Source: Candidatus Omnitrophota bacterium (GTDB taxonomy: Bacteria; Omnitrophota; Gorgyraeia; 2-01-FULL-45-10). From it: DNA of 64,000 bases. The notes under the pieces are model-generated. The model saw only the letters and a program-made list of their open reading frames with translations. It had not been told where the DNA came from and did not search any database. The stretch spans positions 13,688-77,687 of the forward strand of contig JBAZUO010000004.1 of assembly GCA_041661345.1 (NCBI GenBank). The letters run 5' to 3'. The position numbers and the translations under genes are program-made. Shown here piece by piece: positions 27,827-37,329 of the stretch. Position 1 is the stretch's first letter; each line of letters opens with the position of its first letter.

Positions 27827-29038
27827 TTACTCCTTCACGGGCCTTTCTTTCAGCGGCTTGAACGCAATGCCGGAATCAGCCCCCGGCAACGGCTGGACAT
27901 ATTCAGTCAGATAAAATTTCTTATCCTTTATCCATTTCTTCAACTCCTCGGATATCTCCACAGCCTTCGGATAACTTGAAAGCGAGGCCGTCGGCACCTC
28001 TTTACCTTTAATCGTGATCTTGCCGGACTTCAATTGTTTGTAATTGACCTCGCCAAGCGAGCCGACCCTGCCTTCGGGATAATCTTCGCTATAATCTACA
28101 ACCTGGGCCCAAAGATCTTCGTCTTTAATAGCCGCGGATTTCAGTATATCCTCGTCGAGGATCGGTATCGGGATGCCCAGCCCTACGGTAAGCGTAACCC
28201 CATAGCCCTGGAACGATGTCCCCCTCAGCCATTCGGCCTTCATACCTTTAAGATCGCCCATAACGGCAAGCGTGCCCGCCGGCGCTTGCGGCACACCGGA
28301 CTCTTTCCTCTTCACCATCGGGTTATGCTGCGTCCCTTGCCAATAAACATAGCCGGTGCCGCCGCCCAAAAATATCCTTGTCCCGACACCTATCGTCCTG
28401 TAATACGGGTCTTTTAGAAGCGGTGATAGCTGGCCAGCCGAACAATAATTAGCATTACCGATATTCGGCTTCAATGCGCCCATGTAGGTATATATCGTCT
28501 TCTTATTAGAGAGGTTGACAGCCACGTTGTAATTTTGATAGCAATTCCGCGGGTTCAAAAGAACCGCCTCGTTCACGTCCTTGATGTTTATATACGTCTT
28601 TAGCTGTTTGCGTGGATAACAGTCCGTTCCATACGCCAAGGCCTCAAGCACTACGTCCTTGCCTCCGGCGAGTTCCTCTATGACATGAGCGCCGCCGTAT
28701 TTGAACTCGCCCGGATATACCTTATTGCGCGGATCGTCGTCGGGCATAGCGGTAGCGCCCATATAAATATCGACCGCGGCAAAACCCGTATAGGCAGGCA
28801 CACCGTTTAGCGTAACCCTGCCGCCGCCCAGCTTTATCTTTGGTTTCGTGTGGCCCACATTTAAGTAAGCGCCGCTTGAGCACATCGGCCCGAATGTCCC
28901 GGTTGTGACTACATCAACGTGGCGCGCCGCCTCTTTGAGGCCCTTCTTTTCGACGAGATCTATAACCTCCTCGGCTGTCACGACTACAACGTCGCCCGAT
29001 TTTATCTTCTCGTTTATCTCTTTTATCGTCTTAGCCAT
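27827..29038 (-). CDS. DUF39/COG1900 homocysteine-biosynthesis (sulfur-incorporation) protein.
   Basis: MAKTIKEINEKIKSGDVVVVTAEEV...VDVVTTGTFGPMCSSGA matches DUF39-type proteins as I remember them. Adjacent to cysK. Family assigned from memory. Confidence 0.5.
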   Translation of the reverse strand: MAKTIKEINEKIKSGDVVVVTAEEVIDLVEKKGLKEAARHVDVVTTGTFGPMCSSGAYLNVGHTKPKIKLGGGRVTLNGVPAYTGFAAVDIYMGATAMPDDDPRNKVYPGEFKYGGAHVIEELAGGKDVVLEALAYGTDCYPRKQLKTYINIKDVNEAVLLNPRNCYQNYNVAVNLSNKKTIYTYMGALKPNIGNANYCSAGQLSPLLKDPYYRTIGVGTRIFLGGGTGYVYWQGTQHNPMVKRKESGVPQAPAGTLAVMGDLKGMKAEWLRGTSFQGYGVTLTVGLGIPIPILDEDILKSAAIKDEDLWAQVVDYSEDYPEGRVGSLGEVNYKQLKSGKITIKGKEVPTASLSSYPKAVEISEELKKWIKDKKFYLTEYVQPLPGADSGIAFKPLKERPVKE

Positions 29039-29050
29039 TTCATTCTCCTA

Positions 29051-29965
29051 TTATTTCATCATCGAAATATACCGTTCGCCGGTATCGGGCAATATTGTAA
29101 CGACCGTTTTACCCTGTCCCAATTTTTTCGCGGTTTCCATTGCAGCCCATACCGCCGCGCCGCTCGATATCCCCGCAAACAACCCTTCATGTTTTGAAAG
29201 GGCCCTCGCTGTTTCAATAGCATCCTCGTCCGCAACCTGGATTACACTATCGATTATCTTTCTGTTTAAAACATCCGGGATGAAGCCTGCTCCGATCCCC
29301 TGTATCTTGTGCGGCCCCGGTTTTCCACCGGATAAAACAGGGCTTTTCTTCGGCTCCACGGCAATTATCTTTATCTTAGGATCGTGAGCCTTCAGCGTCT
29401 CGCCCACCCCTGTGATCGTCCCGCCGGTTCCGACACCGGCGACAAATGCATCGAGCACGCCGGCCGTATCATTCAGTATCTCTTTGGCTGTCGTCCGGCG
29501 ATGAGCCTCCGGGTTTGCAGGATTCGTAAACTGCTGCGGCACGAAACTATCTTTAGTTTTTTTCGACAGTTCTGCGGCCTTCTGGCAGGCGCCTGCCATA
29601 CCTTGGGCGCCCGGCGTAAGAACGATCTCGGCGCCGTACGCCTTCAGGATCTCTCTTCGCTCTACGCTCATCGTATCGGGCATCGTAAGAACGCATTTAT
29701 ATCCCCTTGCCGCGGCGATCATCGCAAGCCCTATACCGGTATTGCCGCTTGTAGGCTCGACGATAGTCGAACCTTTTTTGATGAGGCCCTTCTTCTCGGC
29801 ATCCTCTATCATCGCAAGGCAGATCCTGTCTTTGATGCTTCCGCCCGGATTAAAATATTCAAGCTTTACCAGGATTTTCGCCATGCCGGGCTCGACTATA
29901 CGGTTAAGCGGCACCATCGGCGTATTGCCGATAAACCCCGTTATATCTTTAAATAGAATATTCAT
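29051..29965 (-). CDS. cysK: Cysteine synthase A (O-acetylserine sulfhydrylase).
   Basis: [22 protein letters not shown]...[24 protein letters not shown]. Confidence 0.9.
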   Translation of the reverse strand: MNILFKDITGFIGNTPMVPLNRIVEPGMAKILVKLEYFNPGGSIKDRICLAMIEDAEKKGLIKKGSTIVEPTSGNTGIGLAMIAAARGYKCVLTMPDTMSVERREILKAYGAEIVLTPGAQGMAGACQKAAELSKKTKDSFVPQQFTNPANPEAHRRTTAKEILNDTAGVLDAFVAGVGTGGTITGVGETLKAHDPKIKIIAVEPKKSPVLSGGKPGPHKIQGIGAGFIPDVLNRKIIDSVIQVADEDAIETARALSKHEGLFAGISSGAAVWAAMETAKKLGQGKTVVTILPDTGERYISMMK

Positions 29966-30407
29966 AAATAGATTTTACTCCTATGCGGCGTTCTTTATAC
30001 CTCAATATAAGCTCTTCGAAGGTAAGCGTATCTACAACCACGGATATCGCTTCACCGACTTCTTTCCAGACATCACGAAATATACAGCCGGCCATGTCCT
30101 TGCACCCCTTGTAGTGTTCCTCGCTGATGCATGATATGGGCTCGATAGGGCCTTCGATGAATCTTATAACTTCACCGACCGTTATGTCTTTTGGGTGGCG
30201 CGCCAGTAAGAAACCGCCATTTATACCGCGCTTACTCTTTACAAATCCGCCTTTGCTTAATGTAAGGAGGATCTGCTCAAGAAATTTTGTAGGCATGTCT
30301 CCCGGCTTAGCGATTTCGGTAATAGAGACAACGCCGCCTTCACTATATTTCAGCGCAAGCTGAAATAGCGCCTTTAACGCGTAATCTCCTTTATATGTGA
30401 TCTTCAT
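29949..30407 (-). CDS. Rrf2-family transcriptional regulator (IscR/CymR-like).
   Basis: [19 protein letters not shown]...[16 protein letters not shown] and three Cys residues. Confidence 0.85.
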   Translation of the reverse strand: MKITYKGDYALKALFQLALKYSEGGVVSITEIAKPGDMPTKFLEQILLTLSKGGFVKSKRGINGGFLLARHPKDITVGEVIRFIEGPIEPISCISEEHYKGCKDMAGCIFRDVWKEVGEAISVVVDTLTFEELILRYKERRIGVKSIYEYSI

Positions 30408-30424
30408 TTCAAAACCCCATAAAT

Positions 30425-30444
30425 ATGATTGACTTAGTCATAAT
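30425..30444. promoter_or_regulatory. Palindromic candidate operator atgatTGACTtAGTCAtaat upstream of the Rrf2 gene.
   Basis: Direct inspection; about 20 nt upstream of the Rrf2 start. Confidence 0.35.
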
Positions 30445-30489
30445 TATACACCAAAAAAATAATTTGTCAAGTAGGCTTTCAAAATATTT

Positions 30490-31557
30490 TCATGTGAAAT
30501 ATCTCTTTCTAAAATACAGCGACACATTAACAAGGCTTATAAGAACAGGGACTTCTACCAGGGGACCGATTACCGCGGCAAATGCGGCTCCGGAATTGAT
30601 GCCAAAAACAGCCACGGAAACGGCAATAGCCAGCTCAAAATTGTTGCTCGCCGCTGTAAATGAAAGAGTGGCTGTTTTTGGGTATCCCGCCCCTGCCCGC
30701 CTGCCCATATAGAAGGACGCCAAGAACATGACAAGAAAATAGATAATTAGCGGAATAGCTATGCGGACTACATCAAGAGGAATCTTGACAATATATTCGC
30801 CTTTAAGAGAAAACATAACCATGATGGTAAATAGTAAGGCTATCAAAGTCAGCGGGCTTATCATTGGAATAAATTTGTTCTGATACCACTCTTTATTTTT
30901 TATTTTAATAAGGGTAAAACGTGTAATAATCCCGGCTAAAAAAGGAATGCCCAGGTAAATAAAAACGCTGCGGGCTATCTGTGCCATAGTAACGTTAACC
31001 GCGGCCCCTTTTAAGCCAAACCAGGCGGGCAAAATCGTGATAAACACCCAGGCGTAGACCGAATAAAATAATACCTGAAAAATAGAATTAAACGCTACAA
31101 GCCCGGCACAATATTCGGTATCGCCGCCCGCCAAATCATTCCATACTATGACCATGGCAATACAGCGAGCTAAGCCGATCATGATCAATCCCACCATATA
31201 CTCAGGATAGCCGTGCAAAAAAACTATCGCCAACAAAAACATCAAAACCGGACCGATAATCCAGTTCTGCGCTAAAGATAATCCTAGAACTTTAAAATTA
31301 CGAAACACATCGCCTAATTCTTCGTATTTTACCTTCGCCAGCGGCGGATACATCATAAGGATCAATCCTATGGCAATAGGGATATTCGTAGTTCCCACCT
31401 GAAAGCTATTCCAGAAATTCACGATCTGCGGATAGAAATACCCTGACAAAACACCGGTACCCATAGCTAAAAATATCCATAAAGTCAAAAATCTATCCAA
31501 AAACGACAGTTTTTTAACAATGCTCTCGCTCATCCCTATTTCCTTTTTCTTGATCAC
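30490..31557 (-). CDS. acr3: ACR3-family arsenite efflux transporter.
   Basis: [20 protein letters not shown]... and a multi-TM ACR3 profile. Confidence 0.8.
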   Translation of the reverse strand: MIKKKEIGMSESIVKKLSFLDRFLTLWIFLAMGTGVLSGYFYPQIVNFWNSFQVGTTNIPIAIGLILMMYPPLAKVKYEELGDVFRNFKVLGLSLAQNWIIGPVLMFLLAIVFLHGYPEYMVGLIMIGLARCIAMVIVWNDLAGGDTEYCAGLVAFNSIFQVLFYSVYAWVFITILPAWFGLKGAAVNVTMAQIARSVFIYLGIPFLAGIITRFTLIKIKNKEWYQNKFIPMISPLTLIALLFTIMVMFSLKGEYIVKIPLDVVRIAIPLIIYFLVMFLASFYMGRRAGAGYPKTATLSFTAASNNFELAIAVSVAVFGINSGAAFAAVIGPLVEVPVLISLVNVSLYFRKRYFT

Positions 31558-31573
31558 ACGATATCTGATACTT

Positions 31574-32263
31574 TTAAAATAATCTCAAAATATATATCCC
31601 TGTGTAATACAGGCCAACAAGAATAAATATAACTCCTGTAATCTTTCGAGTATAATATTCAAGCCGCGTGATCCTATGAAACCAATGGCTCAAGGATGTC
31701 ACACCCAATGCGATGGCAACAGCAAATACAAGAACCGGTAACCCTGTGCCGATTCCGTAAATGAATGGCAGGACAATGCCGCCTTTGCTGTTAATCGCTA
31801 AGGGGATAAGGCTCCCGAAGTATAACGCCGCCGAAATAGGGCAAAACGCCAGAGCAAAGATGAAACCAAGCAAAAAGGCGCCCGGAGCGCCTGACTCCGC
31901 AAGTTTATTATGATGTTTTTGTGAAAGCACCACTCCCGGCAGATGAATAGTAATTATCTCAAGTAAAATGAGCCCGGTAAGAATTAATAGCGGGCCCAGA
32001 GCCTTGCCCATGTATTTCTGTAAGAACTGGGCAACCTGGGGAACGCTTAAAAGAGAGCTAATGATAATCCATCCAAGAACAGTATAAGAAGCCATCCGCC
32101 CCAGCGTATACGCCAATCCTGAAATAAACACAAGCGCTGGATGCGCTATTCTTTTAGATAAAAAAGAAATAGCGGCCACATTACTGGCCAAAGGACACGG
32201 GCTGATAGAAGTCAGAATCCCCAGCCATAATGCTGACGCAAATCCTATAAATATCTCTGTCAT
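31574..32263 (-). CDS. DsbD_2/CcdA-like transmembrane thiol-disulfide protein.
   Basis: [12 protein letters not shown] and multiple TM helices. Confidence 0.5.
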   Translation of the reverse strand: MTEIFIGFASALWLGILTSISPCPLASNVAAISFLSKRIAHPALVFISGLAYTLGRMASYTVLGWIIISSLLSVPQVAQFLQKYMGKALGPLLILTGLILLEIITIHLPGVVLSQKHHNKLAESGAPGAFLLGFIFALAFCPISAALYFGSLIPLAINSKGGIVLPFIYGIGTGLPVLVFAVAIALGVTSLSHWFHRITRLEYYTRKITGVIFILVGLYYTGIYILRLF

Positions 32264-32697
32264 TCTGTTTCCTTCAATAAATTGGCAACTCCACTCTTCA
32301 CATAATCAATAAATCTCTGCTTATTGCCGACATATTCCCAGATCTTATTCATATTATTCCACTTTGTTTCCTTGCCATCTTTATTCAATGACAAAATAAG
32401 CGATTTTGTGTAAAGCTGATAATCGCCGGTATAGTGTTCGTTGCCTTTGTCTTCTACATTAACGACTTTAAACTCTAATTTTCCAGATCGAAGCGAATCT
32501 TTAAAATTAGCCTCTATCGCTTCCCTTGAATACTGCTCCAACTTATAGCAAGTAGGACAACGCATTGTTCCATGAAAATAATACGCAATCACATGCGCGC
32601 CTTTTACATTCTCTTCGGCGTGAGTCAACGGCGAAATAAATATACTGTTATTGCTTAGTGCGACAACTATCAGAAGAACGAGAAATAACTTACTCAA
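32260..32697 (-). CDS. Secreted thioredoxin-fold-like protein with a CPTC motif (hypothetical).
   Basis: Signal peptide and HGTMRCPTCYKLEQ. Confidence 0.4.
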   Translation of the reverse strand: MSKLFLVLLIVVALSNNSIFISPLTHAEENVKGAHVIAYYFHGTMRCPTCYKLEQYSREAIEANFKDSLRSGKLEFKVVNVEDKGNEHYTGDYQLYTKSLILSLNKDGKETKWNNMNKIWEYVGNKQRFIDYVKSGVANLLKETE

Positions 32698-32709
32698 TTC
32701 TTCCTCCCG

Positions 32710-32943
32710 TTATTTTGAGATGATTTTTTTGATCTCATCTTTACTTAATACCTTTCCGAATGAAACCACAGCACCGTCTATCGCAAGAGCAGGCGTCATC
32801 ATAACGCCGTATTCTGAAATTTTGATAATATCGGTGACTTTGGAGATTTCGGCTTGAATATTCAATTCTTTCACCGCTGCTTCGGCATTCGCAGTAAGCT
32901 GTTTACACCTTGGGCAACCTGCTCCCAATATTTCGATTTTCAT
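32710..32943 (-). CDS. Small thioredoxin-family protein (redox-active disulfide protein 2 type).
   Basis: MKIEILGAGCPRCKQLTANAE...GVMMTPALAIDGAVVSFGKV. Confidence 0.7.
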   Translation of the reverse strand: MKIEILGAGCPRCKQLTANAEAAVKELNIQAEISKVTDIIKISEYGVMMTPALAIDGAVVSFGKVLSKDEIKKIISK

Positions 32944-32977
32944 ATTATGCCTTCCGTTATATATTTTCCCAAATTCG

Positions 32978-34282
32978 TCAATGTATCACCATTCCAAAAA
33001 CATATCCCACAATAGTCGAAAATCCAATTACGAGCAAACAGAATACAAGTGTTTTGCGCCACTTTAATATTTTGTTAATGACTAAAATACTAGGGAGGGA
33101 CAATGCCGGGCCCGCCAGAAGAAGCGCAAGCGCCGGCCCTTTGCCCATTCCGAGACGCATTAACATCTGTGTAATTGGTATCTCGGTCAGTGTCGCAAAA
33201 TACCAAAGCGCGCCGATGAATGAAGCGAAAAAGTTCGAGAATAGGCTGTTGCCTCCTACAAAGGCCGCAACCCCCTTATCGGGAAGAAGCCCTCCGATGA
33301 ACCCTGTTACGAAGACACCCCCGAATAGAAGCGGAATAATCATCATCCCAAAATCCCATGTTGCAGCCATCCATTCCTTAATCTCCGCACGGGTAAACCA
33401 CTTCCTTAACATAAGAAGGATGGCCAATCCCATAAACCCTGCTAGATACCATTTTATAGCGTTGACTCTCATAACAAAATTATCTTCGGGTTTTATTTCG
33501 GCGATATCTGCCCGATTAAGGCGTAGGCTGTCAATAGCCATCTTCCCATCCGGTGCGTAAGCTTTCACTTCTATGAAGTCCTGCGTGGAATACTGAACAT
33601 TTGCTTTCATTATGGCGCTATTTTTTAGCGTAATCGTAACTTCGTTCGTATCATACCAGTCGCTAAAAACTAGGAATAATATCATACATAGAAAATAAAG
33701 GCCTGTTTTCCACAGAGGCCTTGTCGGATGCGGTGCAGGCGGCATGGATATCGCCGCCTTGGTACGAGCATGTTCCGATTTCTTGAAGATAAACGCCATG
33801 GAAAGGCCTATAATAAAAGCAAAGCCGATCGCGCCGAGCGCGCGGGCAAGCCCTATATCAAACCCGAGAACACGCGCCGAAAGAAATATGGCCATAATAT
33901 TGATCGCCGGTCCGGAATAAAGAAAGGCGCTCGCGGGCCCAAGCCCCGCTCCCATGGTATAGATGCCGGCAAACATGGGGAGCACACTACATGAACAAAC
34001 TGCCAGAACAACTCCCGAAACAGACGCTACCGTATAAGCCAGCGCGCGATTCGCATCGGGCCCAAGATACCGCATGACAGATGCTTGAGACAGGAATGTT
34101 GATATAGCGCCCGCGATAAACATAGCTGGCACGACGCAAGCCAACGTATGATTAATGACATACCATTGAAGAAGTTTAAACGCTTCAAAGATGGCGTTCG
34201 TTACCTTGGGGTTACCAAGTGGTAAAAAATACATAACAATAAATATACCGACAAGCCAGTATAATTTCTTTAGGCCTTTCAT
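32978..34282 (-). CDS. arsP: ArsP-like (PF03773) permease carrying the organoarsenical-permease Cys motif.
   Basis: LAVCSCSVLPMF matches the ArsP TPFcSCSxxP motif. About 10 TM helices with a central soluble insert. Confidence 0.65.
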   Translation of the reverse strand: MKGLKKLYWLVGIFIVMYFLPLGNPKVTNAIFEAFKLLQWYVINHTLACVVPAMFIAGAISTFLSQASVMRYLGPDANRALAYTVASVSGVVLAVCSCSVLPMFAGIYTMGAGLGPASAFLYSGPAINIMAIFLSARVLGFDIGLARALGAIGFAFIIGLSMAFIFKKSEHARTKAAISMPPAPHPTRPLWKTGLYFLCMILFLVFSDWYDTNEVTITLKNSAIMKANVQYSTQDFIEVKAYAPDGKMAIDSLRLNRADIAEIKPEDNFVMRVNAIKWYLAGFMGLAILLMLRKWFTRAEIKEWMAATWDFGMMIIPLLFGGVFVTGFIGGLLPDKGVAAFVGGNSLFSNFFASFIGALWYFATLTEIPITQMLMRLGMGKGPALALLLAGPALSLPSILVINKILKWRKTLVFCLLVIGFSTIVGYVFGMVIH

Positions 34283-34584
34283 CTCGTCTTCCCTCTTATT
34301 ACCTTACAACAACCACCTTCGATCCTGATAGCCTTGATGTTTACAAGGCCGTCGGCAATCTTATTGCGGGCCGATGACACGATCCTTGAGAATGTCGGCC
34401 TGGATATTTTAAGCCTTTTAGCCGCGTCAACTTGTTTAAAACCTTCAAGGTCGGCGAGTCTTACAGCCTCAAACTCATCCAAGGAAAGGCTTACAACTTT
34501 TAATTTATTCAGGGGCCTGCATATCGGCTTAAAACATCTCTCACCGGGCATGCATTTGACCCATCTGGTCTTTTTGGGGCGCAT
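34279..34584 (-). CDS. DUF134 (UPF0251) putative DNA-binding protein.
   Basis: MRPKKTRWVKCMPGERCFKP...LSLDEFEAVRLADLEGFKQVDAAKRLKISRPTFSRIVSSARNKIADGL. Confidence 0.65.
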   Translation of the reverse strand: MRPKKTRWVKCMPGERCFKPICRPLNKLKVVSLSLDEFEAVRLADLEGFKQVDAAKRLKISRPTFSRIVSSARNKIADGLVNIKAIRIEGGCCKVIRGKTR

Positions 34585-34664
34585 ATCATCCTTCCGTAGT
34601 TATGAACATATGCTCATAACCAGTTTATCACATATTGACAAACTGTCAATAGATTCTTGAATTA

Positions 34665-35699
34665 TTATTTTTTAAGGTATTCTTCGAATTTGGCCCAGAA
34701 CGGGTCTGTTTTAGGATGCCCAAGTAACTCTTTCCTGCCTTTACTACATATATGAATACCTTTTGCGCACGGCACGGCCTCTCCGGCTATGCAAGCGGGG
34801 ATGCCTTCGTTTTCCAGGGCTTTCACGACAGCCTTTGCCTTATTTTTTTTGGCTGTGGCAAGAAGCGTGCCTTCGCTTATCGCGCGATACGGATCGATAT
34901 CGAAGCAAGCGCAGGTTTTTTTAACGACATCCTGCATAATGATATCATCAACGTAGATATCCAGCCCTATCTTACTATGTACGGCCATCTCATATAGTCC
35001 GCCGAAGACACCGCATTCGGTAGCATCGTGCATCGCTGTAACGCCGCCTACCTTTGCGGCAATAGCCGCGTCTTTCACCGTCGACATCTGATAATAAACA
35101 TCCTGGGCCTTTTTAACAAACGATTTGCCGTATTTCTCTTCCAAAAATTTCGGGAAATACGCCGACATGAGTCCCGTCGTTTCTATCGCCGGCCCTTTTG
35201 AAATTATGAGAGAATCGCCTACGCTTATTTTTGGTTCGATCAGTTTCGATTTATGATCGATCCCGAACATCGTCGCGCCGCCGACCATCGGATAATTGCA
35301 TCCCGCGTATCTGGCGGTGTGCCCCGTTACGACGGCTATACCCAATTTTTTGCATTCGCCGTGAACCTCTTCCCACATCCGGGTAAGTTCGCCCTCTGTC
35401 ATGTCAGGCGGAAGGTTCAGGTCTACTGCCAGATATCGAGGGCAGATTCCGCTAACCGCGACGTCGCTTGCGAGGATATGCACGGCAAACCATGCCGCTT
35501 TTTCTATACCCAGCTCTTTTGCAATATAGAAAGGGTCTGTGGATAATACCATTACCTCATCGCCTAGATCTATGACGCCGAAATCGACGCCATGCTGCGG
35601 CCCGATGATAACGGACTTATCCGCGCTTCCAAGCCGCGGATATATTACTTTGTTGAAGAATTCCGGGTGGATCTTGCCGAGCTCAGGCAGCTTTTCCAT
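34665..35699 (-). CDS. AIR-synthase-related (PurM-superfamily) protein, possibly the ThiL/HypE-like thiamine-monophosphate kinase given thiE next door.
   Basis: GVDFGVIDLGDEVMVLSTDP...GVTAMHDATECGVFGGLYEMA. Confidence 0.65.
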   Translation of the reverse strand: MEKLPELGKIHPEFFNKVIYPRLGSADKSVIIGPQHGVDFGVIDLGDEVMVLSTDPFYIAKELGIEKAAWFAVHILASDVAVSGICPRYLAVDLNLPPDMTEGELTRMWEEVHGECKKLGIAVVTGHTARYAGCNYPMVGGATMFGIDHKSKLIEPKISVGDSLIISKGPAIETTGLMSAYFPKFLEEKYGKSFVKKAQDVYYQMSTVKDAAIAAKVGGVTAMHDATECGVFGGLYEMAVHSKIGLDIYVDDIIMQDVVKKTCACFDIDPYRAISEGTLLATAKKNKAKAVVKALENEGIPACIAGEAVPCAKGIHICSKGRKELLGHPKTDPFWAKFEEYLKK

Positions 35700-36277
35700 A
35701 TTTTCGTTTCCTCCTCGATATCATCGGATTCCAGGATAGCGCGGATAACGGCTACATTACAGGCACCTTTTGTCAAAAGTCCGCCGATATTATTAAGACT
35801 TATACCACCGATGAAAAATACCGGTTTCTCTGAAATTTTCAGCACCTTTTCGATCTCTTTTGTTCCAACACATTTTTCTTTAACAACCGTCGGGAAGACA
35901 GGGCCGAATCCGATATAATCTATATCTTTCTTACTATTTGCTTCTTCGACATCTTTTATGGAACTTGTGGAAATGCCTATTATCTTATCTTTACCTAAAA
36001 TCGCCCGCGCTTCTTCCACTTTGAACAATGCCAGGTCCTCTTGCCCCAGGTGGACGCCGTCAGCATCGACCTGTTTCGCAAGAATAGGGTCATCATTTAC
36101 AATAAATGTAACGCCGGCTTCTTTGCAAAGGCCTGCAAGCATATTTCCAAGGGAAACGAACTCATCGCGCGGCTTATTCTTCTCACGCATCTGTATAATG
36201 TCGGCGCCGCCGGCTATCGCAGATTTCGCTATATCGACCGCACCGCGGCCGTGGCCATATTTTTCACTTATAATCAA
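35645..36277 (-). CDS. thiE: Thiamine-phosphate synthase.
   Basis: GADIIQMREKNKP...GVHLGQEDL...IGISTSS...DYIGFGPVFPT. Confidence 0.85.
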   Translation of the reverse strand: MIISEKYGHGRGAVDIAKSAIAGGADIIQMREKNKPRDEFVSLGNMLAGLCKEAGVTFIVNDDPILAKQVDADGVHLGQEDLALFKVEEARAILGKDKIIGISTSSIKDVEEANSKKDIDYIGFGPVFPTVVKEKCVGTKEIEKVLKISEKPVFFIGGISLNNIGGLLTKGACNVAVIRAILESDDIEEETKIWKSCLSSARSTRNSSTK

Positions 36278-36288
36278 ATAAAGGCCGC

Positions 36289-37287
36289 TCAGATTCTTAA
36301 TCGTTCTACCTCGTCTGTATTCGCCGGAGCTATCGATATCATTCTAATGTTATCTGTATTTCCAGCGCACCAAAAATTCACTTCGATCGAGTTTTCGTTC
36401 CTAAATTTTGTATGGTATGCCGCGATTGACGCCGCATGCTCAATAACATCGTCATCTTGCCTGTTAACTAACAATGAAATGGGGCCCTGGCGCGCCTTTA
36501 ATTTAAGAATGATGTCATGCTGCGCGGCAAGGGATTCCAGTGCTTTGTTCTCAAACTCATCTCTTCCGACTATGAGTTTCGCGCCTCCGTCAATCCGAAA
36601 ATGCCTGCCTATTTTCAGCAGTTTCAGATTATCTACGTTCAATTCATCATATTTTATCAGATCTTTGACGCGCTTTGTAAAACCAGGGTCGGTTAACAGG
36701 CACCCGCCTGCCGGATTGGGATATTCTTTAATGCCGAATTTCTCGGCGAGGGCCATCTGCGGTTTTCGTGAGCGGCCGCGGATATCTAAAAGTTTCTCCC
36801 TGTCAATGACGCCTTCCTTTTCGGGCAGTGTGGGTTCCAAAAGTTTTGCCGAAAGCGGCCGCAGCAATATGCCGCGCACGCCTGCTTGTTTCTCGATCAG
36901 GTTCAGCGCGTCCTTTCGCTGAGACATCGGACGCTCGCCCAGGACTTCGCCTGTCACAAGAAACGACGCGCCGGATTTTTCCATATATTCCTTGGCTTTC
37001 TTCAGCATGAAGATTTTGCAGTCTATGCAGGGATTGATATTCGCACCATAGCCATACCGCGGATTCTTAAACATTTCGAGATATTCGCTTGTGATATCAA
37101 ATACTTTCAGGGGAATGCCGAGCGCCTTCGATGCCTTCGCGGCCGCGCCTTCGTCGCCTCCGACGCATGCGGCAAAATCGATATAATAATGCGCCGCTTC
37201 GACCTCGATCCCAAGTTCAATCATAAGCCGCGCGGCAAGAATGCTGTCGAGTCCGCCGGACATTAGAACGACCGCTTTTTTATTCAT
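36289..37287 (-). CDS. ThiI-like PP-loop ATPase (sulfurtransferase/adenylyltransferase family; no THUMP domain).
   Basis: VVLMSGGLDSILAARLM (PP-loop) and GEVLGERPMSQRKDAL. Confidence 0.6.
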   Translation of the reverse strand: MNKKAVVLMSGGLDSILAARLMIELGIEVEAAHYYIDFAACVGGDEGAAAKASKALGIPLKVFDITSEYLEMFKNPRYGYGANINPCIDCKIFMLKKAKEYMEKSGASFLVTGEVLGERPMSQRKDALNLIEKQAGVRGILLRPLSAKLLEPTLPEKEGVIDREKLLDIRGRSRKPQMALAEKFGIKEYPNPAGGCLLTDPGFTKRVKDLIKYDELNVDNLKLLKIGRHFRIDGGAKLIVGRDEFENKALESLAAQHDIILKLKARQGPISLLVNRQDDDVIEHAASIAAYHTKFRNENSIEVNFWCAGNTDNIRMISIAPANTDEVERLRI

Positions 37288-37329
37288 ACAGCAAGATTAT
37301 ATATTAAAGCGCAGGAAATAAAAAGTGTT

